Assembly (NCBI GenBank): GCA_020721905.1
Contig: DYLU01000001.1
Coordinates: 32,439-96,438, forward strand
Source: Leptospira biflexa
Lineage (GTDB): Bacteria > Spirochaetota > UBA4802 > UB4802
DNA length: 64,000 bases
Direction: 5' to 3'
Shown here: one piece after another, positions 40,358 through 51,201 of the stretch
How the letters are laid out: every line of letters begins with the position of its first letter
Numbering within the stretch: position 1 is the stretch's first letter
Program-made: the position numbers and the translations under genes
The notes under the pieces: model-generated
Database searches by the model: none
What the model was told of the DNA's origin: nothing
The model's input: the letters and a program-made list of their open reading frames with translations, nothing else

Positions 40358-42307
40358 AAGAAGCTTTTAAAAATTTCCTTCTGGATTGTAATATCATTAT
40401 TATTTGCCCTATCCTTTGCTATAGTCACACAGATTTACAATCCTCAGGAAAAAATTAATGCGTTATGGATAGTTACAGCAGCTGCCACATTCTATATGTT
40501 AGCATATCGTTTTTATGGTGCTTTTTTAGCTGCAAAGGTGCTGACACTTGATAAAACCCGTGTTACACCAGCTTATAGATTGAACGATAACACCAACTAC
40601 TATCCTACAAATAAATGGGTATTATTTGGCCATCATTTTGCTGCAATAGCCGGTGCAGGCCCATTAATTGGTCCGGTACTTGCAGCACAGTTTGGCTATC
40701 TACCAGGATTTTTATGGATACTCATTGGTTCAGTATTTGCAGGCGGCGTTCATGACATGGTAATACTTGTTGCATCAATCCGCAAAGATGGCAAATCGCT
40801 GGCTGAGATTGCTAAAGAAGAAATTGGGCCGGTGACAGGGCTTGCGGCTTTATTTGCAGTACTATTTATTTTAATAGTTGCTATCGCCGGGCTTGGCCTT
40901 GTTGTAGTAAACTCTTTATATAATAATCCATGGGGCACTTTTATCATAGCAATGACCATACCCATTGCACTGCTTATGGGTGTATACATGAAATCCATAC
41001 GCCCCGAAAAAGTTTTTGAAACATCGCTTATTGGAATTGCGTTACTGCTAATAACCGTTATTTATGGCAGGTATATCCTTGGTACAAGCATTGAAGGATT
41101 CTTTACATTAAATCAGCATAATCTGGCAATAGCTCTTGCCATCTATGGCTTTATAGCCAGTGTGTTGCCAGTATGGCTCCTCCTTGCCCCCCGTGATTAC
41201 CTGTCATCTTTTATGAAAATTGGTGTTATTTTACTGCTGGCTATTGGCGTAGTTGCTGTCCATCCCAATCTTCATCTGCCGGCATTGACACAATTTATCC
41301 ACGGCAATGGACCAATCATTCCAGGAAAACTATTCCCATTTGTATTTATAACGATAGCTTGTGGTGCTATTTCAGGATTTCACTCACTTATTTCATCTGG
41401 TACAACACCCAAGATGATAGAAAACGAAAAGTATGCATTACCCATTGGTTACGGTGCCATGCTTACTGAAGGGTTTGTATCAATGATGGCACTTATTGCT
41501 GCCGCAGTACTCATCCCCGGTGATTATCTTGCAATCAACACTCACCTGTCATTTGATACACTGGCTCAGATGGGATTCCCGGTGGACAAAATCAATGACC
41601 TGTCAAAACTTGTTGGCATTGATTTAGCAGGCCGCCCCGGTGGTGCTGTTTCACTTGCCGTGGGCATGGCATATATCTTTTCATCCATACCTTTCTTAAA
41701 CCATTTGATGGCATACCTGTATCAGTTTGCCATCATGTTTGAAGCGCTATTTATTTTAACTACCATTGATGCCGGTACCCGTGTTGCCCGGTATGTTGTA
41801 CAGGAATTGGGCGGCTATATCTATAAACCGTTTGGTGAATTACGATCACTTCCAAGTAATTTCATTGCAAGTTTGCTTGTTGTAATAGCATGGGGTTATT
41901 TTATTTACACAGGTTCAGTTCAAACAATCTGGCGAATGTTTGGCACAGCAAATCAGCTTTTAGCCATGTTAGCTCTGTGCATTGGTACTACGGTTATCAT
42001 CAAAATGGATAAAATAAAATACATCTGGGTTACGCTGTTACCCATGCTCTTTATGCTCAGCACCACCTTCACCGCAGCCATAACCCTTATAATTGAATAT
42101 GTACCAAAAGCACTTTCATCACAGCCTGATGCATACAGTTTTATGATTAATATCTTTTTACTGGGGCTTATGATTCTTTTAGCTCTGTTTATTCTTCTGG
42201 ACTCTGTGTATAAATGGTATGGATTTATTACCGGAAAACGCCCTATTGGAAACAATAAAAGCCAGCCATCACAGTATTCAAAAGAATTTCCAAAAATGAG
42301 TGATTAA
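40358..42307 (+). CDS. cstA: Carbon starvation protein A family transporter
   Basis: Polytopic membrane protein of ~650 aa with the characteristic CstA N-terminus and conserved GPL...HD...GSGT blocks. Start chosen at the Met with an AGGAG SD; the ORF-track start is 40319. Confidence 0.75.
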   Translation, partial: KKLLKISFWIVISLLFALSFAIVTQIYNPQEKINALWIVTAAATFYMLAYRFYGAFLAAKVLTLDKTRVTPAYRLNDNTNYYPTNKWVLFGHHFAAIAGAGPLIGPVLAAQFGYLPGFLWILIGSVFAGGVHDMVILVASIRKDGKSLAEIAKEEIGPVTGLAALFAVLFILIVAIAGLGLVVVNSLYNNPWGTFIIAMTIPIALLMGVYMKSIRPEKVFETSLIGIALLLITVIYGRYILGTSIEGFFTLNQHNLAIALAIYGFIASVLPVWLLLAPRDYLSSFMKIGVILLLAIGVVAVHPNLHLPALTQFIHGNGPIIPGKLFPFVFITIACGAISGFHSLISSGTTPKMIENEKYALPIGYGAMLTEGFVSMMALIAAAVLIPGDYLAINTHLSFDTLAQMGFPVDKINDLSKLVGIDLAGRPGGAVSLAVGMAYIFSSIPFLNHLMAYLYQFAIMFEALFILTTIDAGTRVARYVVQELGGYIYKPFGELRSLPSNFIASLLVVIAWGYFIYTGSVQTIWRMFGTANQLLAMLALCIGTTVIIKMDKIKYIWVTLLPMLFMLSTTFTAAITLIIEYVPKALSSQPDAYSFMINIFLLGLMILLALFILLDSVYKWYGFITGKRPIGNNKSQPSQYSKEFPKMSD

Positions 42308-42315
42308 ATGGCTTC

Positions 42316-43332
42316 ATGCCCAAAACACATGTAACAATACCATTCTTTATACCACATTCTGGTTGCAGGCACCGATGTGTGTTCTGCAACCAGATATACA
42401 CCAGCAATACACGATCTCTTCCTGATGAAGAATATATGGTTAAAAAAATTGAACAATACTTGCAAACCATAAAAACTGGTGTAACACACATTGAAATTGC
42501 TTTTTTTGGCGGAAGCTTTACCGGCCTTGATGAAGAAATTCAAAAAAATTATCTGGCTATAGCTCATTCTTATCACTCTTTGCATAAAATTGACGGCATA
42601 CGCTTATCAACTCGTCCTGACTATATAACCCATAGAACGCTTTCATTGCTCAGGGAATATCACGTTACAACGGTTGAATTAGGTGCTCAATCGATGCACG
42701 CTGATGTACTCCAACAATCACAACGGGGTCATACAGTACAGGATATAATAGATGCTTCAAAGCTCATTAAAGAATATGGTTTTAATCTTGTAATTCAGCT
42801 TATGCCAGGCCTCCCCTCCGATTCATTTGAAAAATCAATTGAAACAGCATATAAAACAGTATTATTACAGCCTGATGGCGTACGTATCTATCCAACTGTT
42901 GTCATTAAAGATACCCAATTAGAAACATTATACAAAGAAGGAAAATATATGCCTTTATTATTGGATGAAGCTATTGAATTATGTGCTCACATATACAGCC
43001 TGTTTACCACAAACAATATTCCGGTGATCAGAATGGGTTTACATCCATTTGATGATGCTGTAGCTGACACCATCATTGCCGGACCATATCATCCATCATT
43101 TGGCTACTTAGTAAAATCACGATACTTTCGCAATACTTTAGAAGATAGGATTAAAACCTTTTTACAAAACAACAGCACACAAACGTTAGCCATAGAATTG
43201 CCGCAACACAATATTGCAGAATATTATGGCCCGCATAAAGAAAATATTGCTTTTTTACGTATCGTGTTTAATACTGTTACATTGCAATTTCATTCTGCTG
43301 ATACACAAGAACCGGTACTATTGAAAGCATAA
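42316..43332 (+). CDS. Radical SAM protein (Elp3/YhcC-like small radical SAM)
   Basis: HSGCRHRCVFCNQ (Cx3Cx2C) near the N-terminus. 338 aa. Begins 9 nt after the cstA stop. Confidence 0.65.
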   Translation: MPKTHVTIPFFIPHSGCRHRCVFCNQIYTSNTRSLPDEEYMVKKIEQYLQTIKTGVTHIEIAFFGGSFTGLDEEIQKNYLAIAHSYHSLHKIDGIRLSTRPDYITHRTLSLLREYHVTTVELGAQSMHADVLQQSQRGHTVQDIIDASKLIKEYGFNLVIQLMPGLPSDSFEKSIETAYKTVLLQPDGVRIYPTVVIKDTQLETLYKEGKYMPLLLDEAIELCAHIYSLFTTNNIPVIRMGLHPFDDAVADTIIAGPYHPSFGYLVKSRYFRNTLEDRIKTFLQNNSTQTLAIELPQHNIAEYYGPHKENIAFLRIVFNTVTLQFHSADTQEPVLLKA

Positions 43333-43374
43333 TTCAGAATAACTCCACTAAAATCCTATTACCAGGAGCGCACC

Positions 43375-45249
43375 ATGCAACATCATCAGAAAGTATTCTT
43401 CATAGACCTTTCCACCGGTTACTATCGCCTGGCACGATACCCTATTGGTGATTTTTTTGGGCCTGTTGATCTGGGCCTTCACATTGCACAGCGCTACTAT
43501 ACCACCAATATCGGCGTTGGAATGTTAGCTGGTTCAATCTTCCCTGGCTCAAACCGCCTTTTTATCAATGGATATTCACCCTGCTGGAACAGCTTCTTTA
43601 TTTCATCTATGGGTGGTGCAGGCTTAGTGTTTGATAACTTAGGTATAAACATGATTGCTCTTTCCAAAAAAGCCCTAACACCTTCGGTGCTGTATCTTAA
43701 CCGTATTCATGGCGAAGAAATTGAAATTGAAATAAAACCCATTGATATATTCAGGATATGGGAAAGCGGACATGGTGGTGTGTATTCCCTGATGCATGAA
43801 GTTTTAACCATGTTTGCCGGTAAATATTTAACTGATCCGCGCGTATTAGCCACTGGTCCTGCTTCATATGCAACCGATTTTGGCGCACTGTGTTCAGCAT
43901 CTGTGAAAGACGGCACGCTCACCTGGGTTGATACATGGGCCGGGCGTGGCGGATTTGGATCAAAGCTTTTCCGTGAACATGGTATTGCCGCTATTATTTA
44001 CGGCGGTACATATATCGATGAAGACTTCAGAGACCGTAAAGTTGCCGACGAATGGTTTATTGATAAATACAGCAAAAAGCTGGCAGCCAAAGACTTAGAA
44101 GCAACAACTAAGTATCGCTTTGACCCGCAGTTTAATACCGGTGGTACATTTGGCGTTAATTTTGCTACTATTGGCGGGAAGCTGCTTGCATTTAACTATC
44201 GCTCAATTTATATGACCGAAGAAGAAAGACTTGCCATTCATCAAAAGCTTGTTGTTGATCATTACCTGAAACAATTTAATGAAGAAACTATCTCCACCAA
44301 AAGCATGAAAACCTGCGGTGAGCCCTGTACTGCCGTTTGCAAAAAGATGCGCGATATTTACAAAAAAGATTACGAGCCGTATCAGGCAATGGGACCTCTA
44401 TGCGGTATTTTTGATCAAAGATCAGCTGAGATGCTGATCCACAAAGCCGATATGTATGGGTTTGATGCCATTTCAGTTGGTGGTGTGCTGTCGTGGCTTA
44501 TGGAATGCCTTGATAAAAAATTAATAAAACCTGAAGAAGCCGGTGTAACTCATCTTCCTGTTTTTTCGCATGTTAACTTCAGTGCCCAAACTGATTCAAA
44601 ACACAACGCTGAAATTGGAAGCCAGCTTTTAGATACAATCATTCATAAAAAAGGAATCCTTGATTTCACCGAGGGGGCACGCAAATTTGCCCGCAAATTA
44701 GCTCGAGAAAAAAGCAAGGATATAATTGATTGCTTTGTGTATAACGCCAACGCACGTAAAGGCTGGATTGTTCCCAACCAGTACTGGGTTCCAGGGGTAC
44801 TATCGCCCATGCCTATTATGGGTAAGTATTACATGTACTACGGGTATGATTTTTTACCGCCACGTGAGTTAGGCCGCAAAAACGCACATCGTATGATCAA
44901 GGAGCTTATGCTTGACAACACCGGTTTTTGCCGTTTTCACAGGCTGTGGGCTGAAGACATGATCCCTGAAATCATCAATTCACTGTATGGTATGCATAAA
45001 GAATTTTTAACAAATCTTAACATGACCGCAAGCAGAATTAACAGCCGCAACGTATCAATTTACTGGGAATCGACTCGAAACATTGATTTTATTAAAATGT
45101 ATTTAAAGCGACAGCATGATGTTGAAAACGTCAATGATAAAGAATTACTGCACTGGATCATGCAATTTGAACAAAACCCGCACGAAGCTGCATACAACTA
45201 CTGGTTTGAAATTTTAAAAGGTGTGCATGAATCATTACGTGAATTTTAA
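43375..45249 (+). CDS. Divergent aldehyde:ferredoxin oxidoreductase-family protein (non-canonical Cys spacing)
   Basis: The AFOR_N-like N-terminus (KVFFIDLSTGYYR...GMLAGSIFPGSNRLFINGYSP) and DxxG motif region (DMYGFDAISVGG) resemble AOR. The cluster motif is CGEPCTAVC (Cx3Cx3C), not the canonical CxxCxxxC. Confidence 0.55.
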   Translation: MQHHQKVFFIDLSTGYYRLARYPIGDFFGPVDLGLHIAQRYYTTNIGVGMLAGSIFPGSNRLFINGYSPCWNSFFISSMGGAGLVFDNLGINMIALSKKALTPSVLYLNRIHGEEIEIEIKPIDIFRIWESGHGGVYSLMHEVLTMFAGKYLTDPRVLATGPASYATDFGALCSASVKDGTLTWVDTWAGRGGFGSKLFREHGIAAIIYGGTYIDEDFRDRKVADEWFIDKYSKKLAAKDLEATTKYRFDPQFNTGGTFGVNFATIGGKLLAFNYRSIYMTEEERLAIHQKLVVDHYLKQFNEETISTKSMKTCGEPCTAVCKKMRDIYKKDYEPYQAMGPLCGIFDQRSAEMLIHKADMYGFDAISVGGVLSWLMECLDKKLIKPEEAGVTHLPVFSHVNFSAQTDSKHNAEIGSQLLDTIIHKKGILDFTEGARKFARKLAREKSKDIIDCFVYNANARKGWIVPNQYWVPGVLSPMPIMGKYYMYYGYDFLPPRELGRKNAHRMIKELMLDNTGFCRFHRLWAEDMIPEIINSLYGMHKEFLTNLNMTASRINSRNVSIYWESTRNIDFIKMYLKRQHDVENVNDKELLHWIMQFEQNPHEAAYNYWFEILKGVHESLREF

Positions 45250-45264
45250 GGGGCGATAGTTACC
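45250..45264 (+). repeat. Copy of the over-represented GGGGCGATAGTTACC motif, ending at the hslO start codon
   Basis: See the motif finding; one of ~23 strong copies in the window. Confidence 0.7.
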
Positions 45265-46155
45265 ATGGAAGATAATCTAAGCTTACGATACATCTGTGAC
45301 GAATACAATCTCAGGATCTATGCTGTACTGACTAAACATGTATTGCAGGAGATGATAAGCATTCACAACACAACACCGCATGCTACTATAGCATTTGGAC
45401 GCACACTGAATGCTGCCCTGCTTATGGCTGCTTCTTCAATTAAACCGCATTTTCATGATACGTTGAGTATTAATATAAGCTGCAGCGGACCATTAAAGGA
45501 GATAGTAGTTCAGGTTGACGGCAATGGAAATGTACGGGGATATGTTGGCAATCCCAATGTTGACCTGGAACTGCAGTCAGAAACGCTGAATATATCTAAA
45601 GCGCTGGGTGCTGGTGTCATTACCGTAACACGTGATCTGGGTTTGAGGGAGCCCTATAAAAGTGTTTGGCCCATCATCTATGGTGACATAGCAAAAGATA
45701 TTGCCAACTACTTACTGGAATCAGAGCAAATACCTTCAGCACTGATACTTGCGGTTAATTGGAACAAAGAAGGGGCTATTACTCGTTCAGGGGGGATTTT
45801 AATACAAACATTTCCCACCACCCCATCATATGTTGTAGAATTAATTGAAAGCAGGTTGCAAAGCGGCTTTTCGCTTGATAAAAAGCTTGAAGAAGAAAAA
45901 TCAATTAAGGCCATTATTGAAGAGCTTATTGGCAAAGAAACTAAAGAACTTGGCGCATTACCCTTGCAGCACCACTGCAGGTGCACAAAAGAACTGTTAG
46001 CAGCCATACTGGAATCGGTTGATACACATGAGCTGGAAGACATGATACAAAAAGATCATGGTGCACATATCACCTGCGCTTTTTGTAAAAAAGAATACAG
46101 GTTTACCCGCGAAGAATTGCAAAAGATAGTCTTAAAGAAAGAAAAGGTACATTAA
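45265..46155 (+). CDS. hslO: Redox-regulated chaperone Hsp33
   Basis: C-terminal zinc centre CRCTKE...CAFCKKEY (CxC...CxxC). Confidence 0.85.
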   Translation: MEDNLSLRYICDEYNLRIYAVLTKHVLQEMISIHNTTPHATIAFGRTLNAALLMAASSIKPHFHDTLSINISCSGPLKEIVVQVDGNGNVRGYVGNPNVDLELQSETLNISKALGAGVITVTRDLGLREPYKSVWPIIYGDIAKDIANYLLESEQIPSALILAVNWNKEGAITRSGGILIQTFPTTPSYVVELIESRLQSGFSLDKKLEEEKSIKAIIEELIGKETKELGALPLQHHCRCTKELLAAILESVDTHELEDMIQKDHGAHITCAFCKKEYRFTREELQKIVLKKEKVH

Positions 46156-46160
46156 CTTCC

Positions 46161-47573
46161 CTATAATATATACCGTGATAAATCCTTATTCTTTATGGTT
46201 GGGCCTAATTTGGCTTTAACAAATTCAGCATTGATAACAAAATTTTTATGGGCATCGTCTAAATCTGGCGCATCAAAGAGTATATCTTCCAGAAGCTTTT
46301 CCATAATGGTGTGAAGTCTTCGTGCACCTATGTTTTCATGCTCTTCATTGAGTATCTGTGCTGTCTTTGCAATTTCAGCAATACCGTCATCCGAAAACTC
46401 AATGGTTACACCTTCGGTTTTAAGAAGCTCTTTATATTGAAGGGTAAGTGAATTTTTTGGCACTGTAAGTATTTTTCTAAAGTCATCCTCGGTTAATGAA
46501 GCCAGCTCAACCCGTATTGGGAAACGCCCCTGCAATTCAGGAATAAGGTCTGAAGGCTTTGAAATATTAAATGCACCTGCTGCAATAAATAGTATATGAT
46601 TGGTTTTTACAGGACCATATTTTGTATTGACTGTTGTGCCTTCAACAATGGGCAGTAAATCTCTCTGTACCCCCTGACGGGATACATCAGGCCCTGTTTT
46701 TGATTCGGCACCAGCAATTTTATCTATTTCATCTATAAAGACTATCCCCATATCTTCAACTCGCCGTATAGCTTCACTGGTAACTTTTTCCATATCTATA
46801 AGCTTTTCTGTTTCTTCGGCAATAAATATACGCAGAGCATCCTTCACGGTACTTTTTTTCCGTTTGGATTTTTTTGGCATCATATCGCCCAGCATGGATT
46901 GAATCTGAAGATCAATATCCTCAAGGCCAGAACCACCCATAATTGACATAACCGGTATAACATTGGATGCTTCAGATTCATATTCAATCTCAATATCATC
47001 CAATTTGCCGCTTTTTAAATCTTCAATATATTGTGCGCGCATCTGCTCATACAATGTATCCGACTCAAAAATTGATTCTCTGTCTACATGAAAGCCTGAA
47101 ATCTGCCGCTCATCTAATTCAAATCCTTTTTTAGGAATGATGATATCAACTATCTTGTCATAGGCATTTTTTAAAGCTTTACCCTCAACCATTGCACTGT
47201 ATTCCTTTTTTACCATATTCACTGCAATGGAAGTTAAATCGCGTATCATGGATTCAACATCCCGGCCCACATACCCCACCTCGGTATACTTTGTAATCTC
47301 CACTTTAACAAATGGTGCATTAACCAGCCGGGATAATCGCCGTGCAATTTCTGTTTTTCCTACTCCTGTGGGTCCTATCATGATTATATTTTTGGGTGCA
47401 ATTTCTTCCTGCAACTCGGGATCCAATTTCTTCCTGCGGCTTCTGTTCCTGAGAGCTATCGCCACACATTTTTTTGCCATATGTTGTCCAATAATATATT
47501 TATCCAGTTCACTGACAATCTGTCGTGGAGTAAGGTCACCATCTTCGGGAAACTGTATGTTAATATCACTCAT
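46161..47573 (-). CDS. hslU: ATP-dependent protease ATPase subunit HslU
   Basis: Walker [15 protein letters not shown], the I-domain, and a conserved C-terminal region. 470 aa. Confidence 0.9.
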   Translation of the reverse strand: MSDINIQFPEDGDLTPRQIVSELDKYIIGQHMAKKCVAIALRNRSRRKKLDPELQEEIAPKNIIMIGPTGVGKTEIARRLSRLVNAPFVKVEITKYTEVGYVGRDVESMIRDLTSIAVNMVKKEYSAMVEGKALKNAYDKIVDIIIPKKGFELDERQISGFHVDRESIFESDTLYEQMRAQYIEDLKSGKLDDIEIEYESEASNVIPVMSIMGGSGLEDIDLQIQSMLGDMMPKKSKRKKSTVKDALRIFIAEETEKLIDMEKVTSEAIRRVEDMGIVFIDEIDKIAGAESKTGPDVSRQGVQRDLLPIVEGTTVNTKYGPVKTNHILFIAAGAFNISKPSDLIPELQGRFPIRVELASLTEDDFRKILTVPKNSLTLQYKELLKTEGVTIEFSDDGIAEIAKTAQILNEEHENIGARRLHTIMEKLLEDILFDAPDLDDAHKNFVINAEFVKAKLGPTIKNKDLSRYIL

Positions 47574-48139
47574 TATGCTTTGATCTCCTCAATTATAATG
47601 TTGCTGTTTGAATAAATGCAGATTTCTGATGCAATTATCAATGATTGCTTTACAATGTCAAACGCATTCAACGTAGTATTACGTATAAGTGCCCGTGCTG
47701 CTGCCAGCGCATAGGTTCCACCCGAACCAATACCAATGATGCCGTCATCAGGCTCAATAATTTCACCATTACCGCTGATCAAATAAAGATATTGCTGGTT
47801 ACCAACAATCAGTACTGCTTCCAGCCTGCGCAAAGCCCTGTCCAAACGCCAGTCGCGTGCAAGCTCCACCACACTTCTTGGAATATTGCCGGAATACGAT
47901 TCTAACTTTTGTTCAAGCCTTTCAAACAGTGTCAGTGCATCAGCCACCGAACCCGCAAAACCAGTAAGTATTTTATCATCATACACCTTGCGAATTTTCA
48001 CTGCTTTGCTTTTAATCACCGTATCACCTAACGTGACCTGTCCGTCACAACCCATGGCAATAGTATTGTCTTTTTTAATTGCCAGTACTGTAGTGCCACG
48101 CATTGAAGTATTATTCATCATCATGTCTCCTGTGTGCAT
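47573..48139 (-). CDS. hslV: ATP-dependent protease subunit HslV
   Basis: [12 protein letters not shown]-terminal Thr-protease signature. The real start is probably the internal Met preceding TTVLA. Confidence 0.85.
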   Translation of the reverse strand: MHTGDMMMNNTSMRGTTVLAIKKDNTIAMGCDGQVTLGDTVIKSKAVKIRKVYDDKILTGFAGSVADALTLFERLEQKLESYSGNIPRSVVELARDWRLDRALRRLEAVLIVGNQQYLYLISGNGEIIEPDDGIIGIGSGGTYALAAARALIRNTTLNAFDIVKQSLIIASEICIYSNSNIIIEEIKA

Positions 48140-49019
48140 GGGGATGATATTTATGATATAATTCTTTTAAACGTTCTATTGTGGTGTGAGTATATTTCTG
48201 TGTTGTAGAAATACTCGCATGCCCCAACATATCCTGCACAGCCCTGATATCAGCACCTCTGTTGAGCAATTCGGTTGCAAAGCTGTGTCGCAACACATGC
48301 GGAGTAACCGATTTCCATAATTGTGCCATGTTTGCTCTTTTATCAATAATATAAAAAATACCCCGTGTTGTCAATCGTTTGCCATTATTATTTACAAATA
48401 AGGGATTGGTTAAACAATTGAATTTTTTTTTGCGTTCATTCATATATTCCTGCAATGCCGTGACAGCAGTATCATTCAAAAACACAATTCTTTCTTTTGA
48501 CCCTTTGCCCAGCACCTTTAACCTTCCGGTTTTATAATCACAATCATCAATGTCAGCATATGTTATTTCCGAAACGCGAGCCCCTGTGGAATAGAACACT
48601 TCCAGCAGTGCTTTGTCGCGATAGTCACCAAAACTTTTGCATTCAAATGCAACCAGTGCCTGAATCTGTTCAAAGGTTAAAAAAACCGGCAAACAATTCT
48701 TTTGTTTAGAGTAATGGATGTCGCGGGCAGGATTACCGTTTCTATAGTTATGAAATTCCAGATACTTAAAAAAAGATTTTAACGTTGCAACCTTTCGTTC
48801 AATTGTTGAAAGTTCATTTCCTTTTTCAAAGCAGTAATCAATAAAATCACGTATATCATTTGCTGTTATAGCAGCGATAGTAACTGATTCAGGGTCAACT
48901 GCTTCATATAAAAATTCCATGAATTGATTCAGGTCTTTGCTATATGATTCAACAGTCAGAGGTGAGGCATTTTTCTCAGCAATAAGGTACTGCATGAATT
49001 TATCAATATAGTGATCCAT
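48111..49019 (-). CDS. xerC: Tyrosine recombinase XerC/XerD (CodV-like)
   Basis: Catalytic R...HxxR...Y motifs (TPHVLRHSFATELLNRGADIRAVQDMLGHASISTTQKYTH). Position upstream of hslVU mirrors the Bacillus codV-clpQ-clpY arrangement. Confidence 0.8.
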   Translation of the reverse strand: MDHYIDKFMQYLIAEKNASPLTVESYSKDLNQFMEFLYEAVDPESVTIAAITANDIRDFIDYCFEKGNELSTIERKVATLKSFFKYLEFHNYRNGNPARDIHYSKQKNCLPVFLTFEQIQALVAFECKSFGDYRDKALLEVFYSTGARVSEITYADIDDCDYKTGRLKVLGKGSKERIVFLNDTAVTALQEYMNERKKKFNCLTNPLFVNNNGKRLTTRGIFYIIDKRANMAQLWKSVTPHVLRHSFATELLNRGADIRAVQDMLGHASISTTQKYTHTTIERLKELYHKYHPHAHRRHDDE

Positions 49020-49024
49020 ACGTA

Positions 49025-51127
49025 TCAGCTTATATGTGCCTGTGCATCTGTTTTATCTTCATCTAACAGTGTTACTGTATATCCACACTGTTCATTCAAA
49101 CATACAAGCATCTCGCCTTTTTTCTTTATTTTCCGTATAAAAAGCAAACTTCCGCATTTGGGACATGCGTGTTCTGATGCCTGCTCACGGGTAGCAAAAT
49201 CACACTCTGGATATCTATTACATGCATAAAATGTGCCGCGTCGCTTTGATGAGCGTTTGATTACATCGCCGCCACACTTAGGGCATTTACCAAGCGGCAA
49301 AGGTTTTGCATTGGAACATTTTGGAAACGCAGAACATGCCAGAAAGAATCCATATTTCCCTAACCGCTTGACCATTTTGCTGCCGCATTTTTCGCATACC
49401 AGATCAGTTTCTTCATCCAGTATGTTTTTCACATCTTCAATATGTTCTTCGGCGTGATGTACGGTTAACTTGAAGGGTTCGTAAAATTCCTTAATCATAC
49501 TCACCCAGTCATTATGCGCTTCTTCAATTAAATCTAATTTTTCTTCCATCTTTGCAGTAAAATCAATATTTATCAGTGATTCAAAGTATGAAACTATGAT
49601 GTCATTAACCAGCCTTCCCAAAACAGTAGGTACCAGCTGTTTACCATGTTTGGTCACATAATACCGCTTTAACAGTGTATTTATGGTTGGGGCATACGTG
49701 GAAGGCCTGCCAATACCTGATTCTTCCAGAAACTTTACCAGCGATGCTTCATTGTACCGTGGAGGTGGTGAAGTAAAATGCTGCTGGGGATCAAAAGATT
49801 CTGGAAAAAGAACCTGCCCAACTTCTAAAGGAGGCAGCACCTTCTTTTCGGCACCTTCTTCTTTTTCTATTACAGTGAAGCCATTAAACAAAATCCTGCT
49901 ACCTGTTGCCCTGAATTCAAAATTTTCAACATTCATGACAACAGTAACCACTAAAGAAACTTCCGGCGTCATTTGCGATGAAACAAACCGCTTCCATATC
50001 AATGAATACAACTTGTACTGGTCAGGTGTTAAATCGTTTTTAATTGATTCGGGATCCCTGAATACATTGGTTGGTCGTATTGCTTCATGTGCATCCTGTG
50101 CACCCTTTTTGTTTGGATAAAAATTTGGTGATTCCGGGATATACTCTTTGGAAAATTTTTTGCCAAGATAATCCCTTACTGAAGCAAGTGCAGCCGGAGC
50201 CACCCGTGTTGAATCTGTACGCATGTAGGTAATTAAACCAACCTGACCCTCACCTGATATTGTAACACCTTCATACAACTGTTGTGCCACCATCATGGTC
50301 TTACTTGCGGAAAACCCTAAACGTCTGGCAGCATCCTGCTGCAATTTGCTGGTAATGTATGGAGCCTGAGGTTTTCTTCTTCTTTCTTTATGTTCAACAT
50401 TACTTACAGTAAATGGTTTGCCTTCTACAAGGCTTAATACCCTGTCAACATCGTTCTTTGTTTTTAGCTCAATTTTATTTCCGTTTTCTGAAAAAAGCGA
50501 TGCCACAAACTCCTGCTTATGATGTTCAAACAGTGCATCAAGAGTCCAATATTCCTGCGGAATAAAATTTTCAATTTCTTTTTCTCGTTCACAGATAACC
50601 CGCAACGCAACCGACTGCACTCTTCCCGCTGACAAGCCCTTCTTAACCTTCTTCCATAATATTGGACTCAAATAGTAACCCACAAGCCTGTCCAGAATAC
50701 GTCGTGCCTGCTGTGCATTTACCAGATCCATATTAATGTCACGGGCTTTTTCAACAGCTTCTTTTATTGCTTCTTCGGTTATCTCATGAAATTCAATACG
50801 CTTTATATCCGGATTTTTTTCTTTCAAGACATTGGATAGATGCCATGATATTGCTTCACCTTCACGGTCAGGGTCAGTTGCAAGTAAAACATTGCTGGAT
50901 TGGCTTGCTTTCTTTTTTAAATCGTTTATTAACTTTGCCTTACCGCGTATAGGGATATATTCAGGCTTGAAATCATTATTCACATCAACTGCTAACCGTG
51001 ATTTGGGCAAATCAATGATATGACCCATCGACGAAGCTATGATATAGTCTTTTCCTAAATATTTATGTATTGTTTTTGCTTTTGTAGGTGACTCAACAAT
51101 CACGAGGGTTTTCTTATGATCAGCCAT
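49025..51127 (-). CDS. topA: DNA topoisomerase I
   Basis: TOPRIM N-terminus (LVIVESPTKAKTI), active-site Tyr region (GLITYMRTDS), and C-terminal C4 zinc-ribbon repeats. Confidence 0.95.
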   Translation of the reverse strand: MADHKKTLVIVESPTKAKTIHKYLGKDYIIASSMGHIIDLPKSRLAVDVNNDFKPEYIPIRGKAKLINDLKKKASQSSNVLLATDPDREGEAISWHLSNVLKEKNPDIKRIEFHEITEEAIKEAVEKARDINMDLVNAQQARRILDRLVGYYLSPILWKKVKKGLSAGRVQSVALRVICEREKEIENFIPQEYWTLDALFEHHKQEFVASLFSENGNKIELKTKNDVDRVLSLVEGKPFTVSNVEHKERRRKPQAPYITSKLQQDAARRLGFSASKTMMVAQQLYEGVTISGEGQVGLITYMRTDSTRVAPAALASVRDYLGKKFSKEYIPESPNFYPNKKGAQDAHEAIRPTNVFRDPESIKNDLTPDQYKLYSLIWKRFVSSQMTPEVSLVVTVVMNVENFEFRATGSRILFNGFTVIEKEEGAEKKVLPPLEVGQVLFPESFDPQQHFTSPPPRYNEASLVKFLEESGIGRPSTYAPTINTLLKRYYVTKHGKQLVPTVLGRLVNDIIVSYFESLINIDFTAKMEEKLDLIEEAHNDWVSMIKEFYEPFKLTVHHAEEHIEDVKNILDEETDLVCEKCGSKMVKRLGKYGFFLACSAFPKCSNAKPLPLGKCPKCGGDVIKRSSKRRGTFYACNRYPECDFATREQASEHACPKCGSLLFIRKIKKKGEMLVCLNEQCGYTVTLLDEDKTDAQAHIS

Positions 51128-51157
51128 AATTACTTCCTTACGTTCTAATTTTTTAAG

Positions 51158-51170
51158 CGATAGTTACTGA
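51158..51170 (+). repeat. Copy of the GCGATAGTTACTG motif in the topA 5' untranslated region
   Basis: See the motif finding. Confidence 0.7.
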
Positions 51171-51201
51171 TAATTGAAACTCAATGTATATTGTATACCC
51201 C

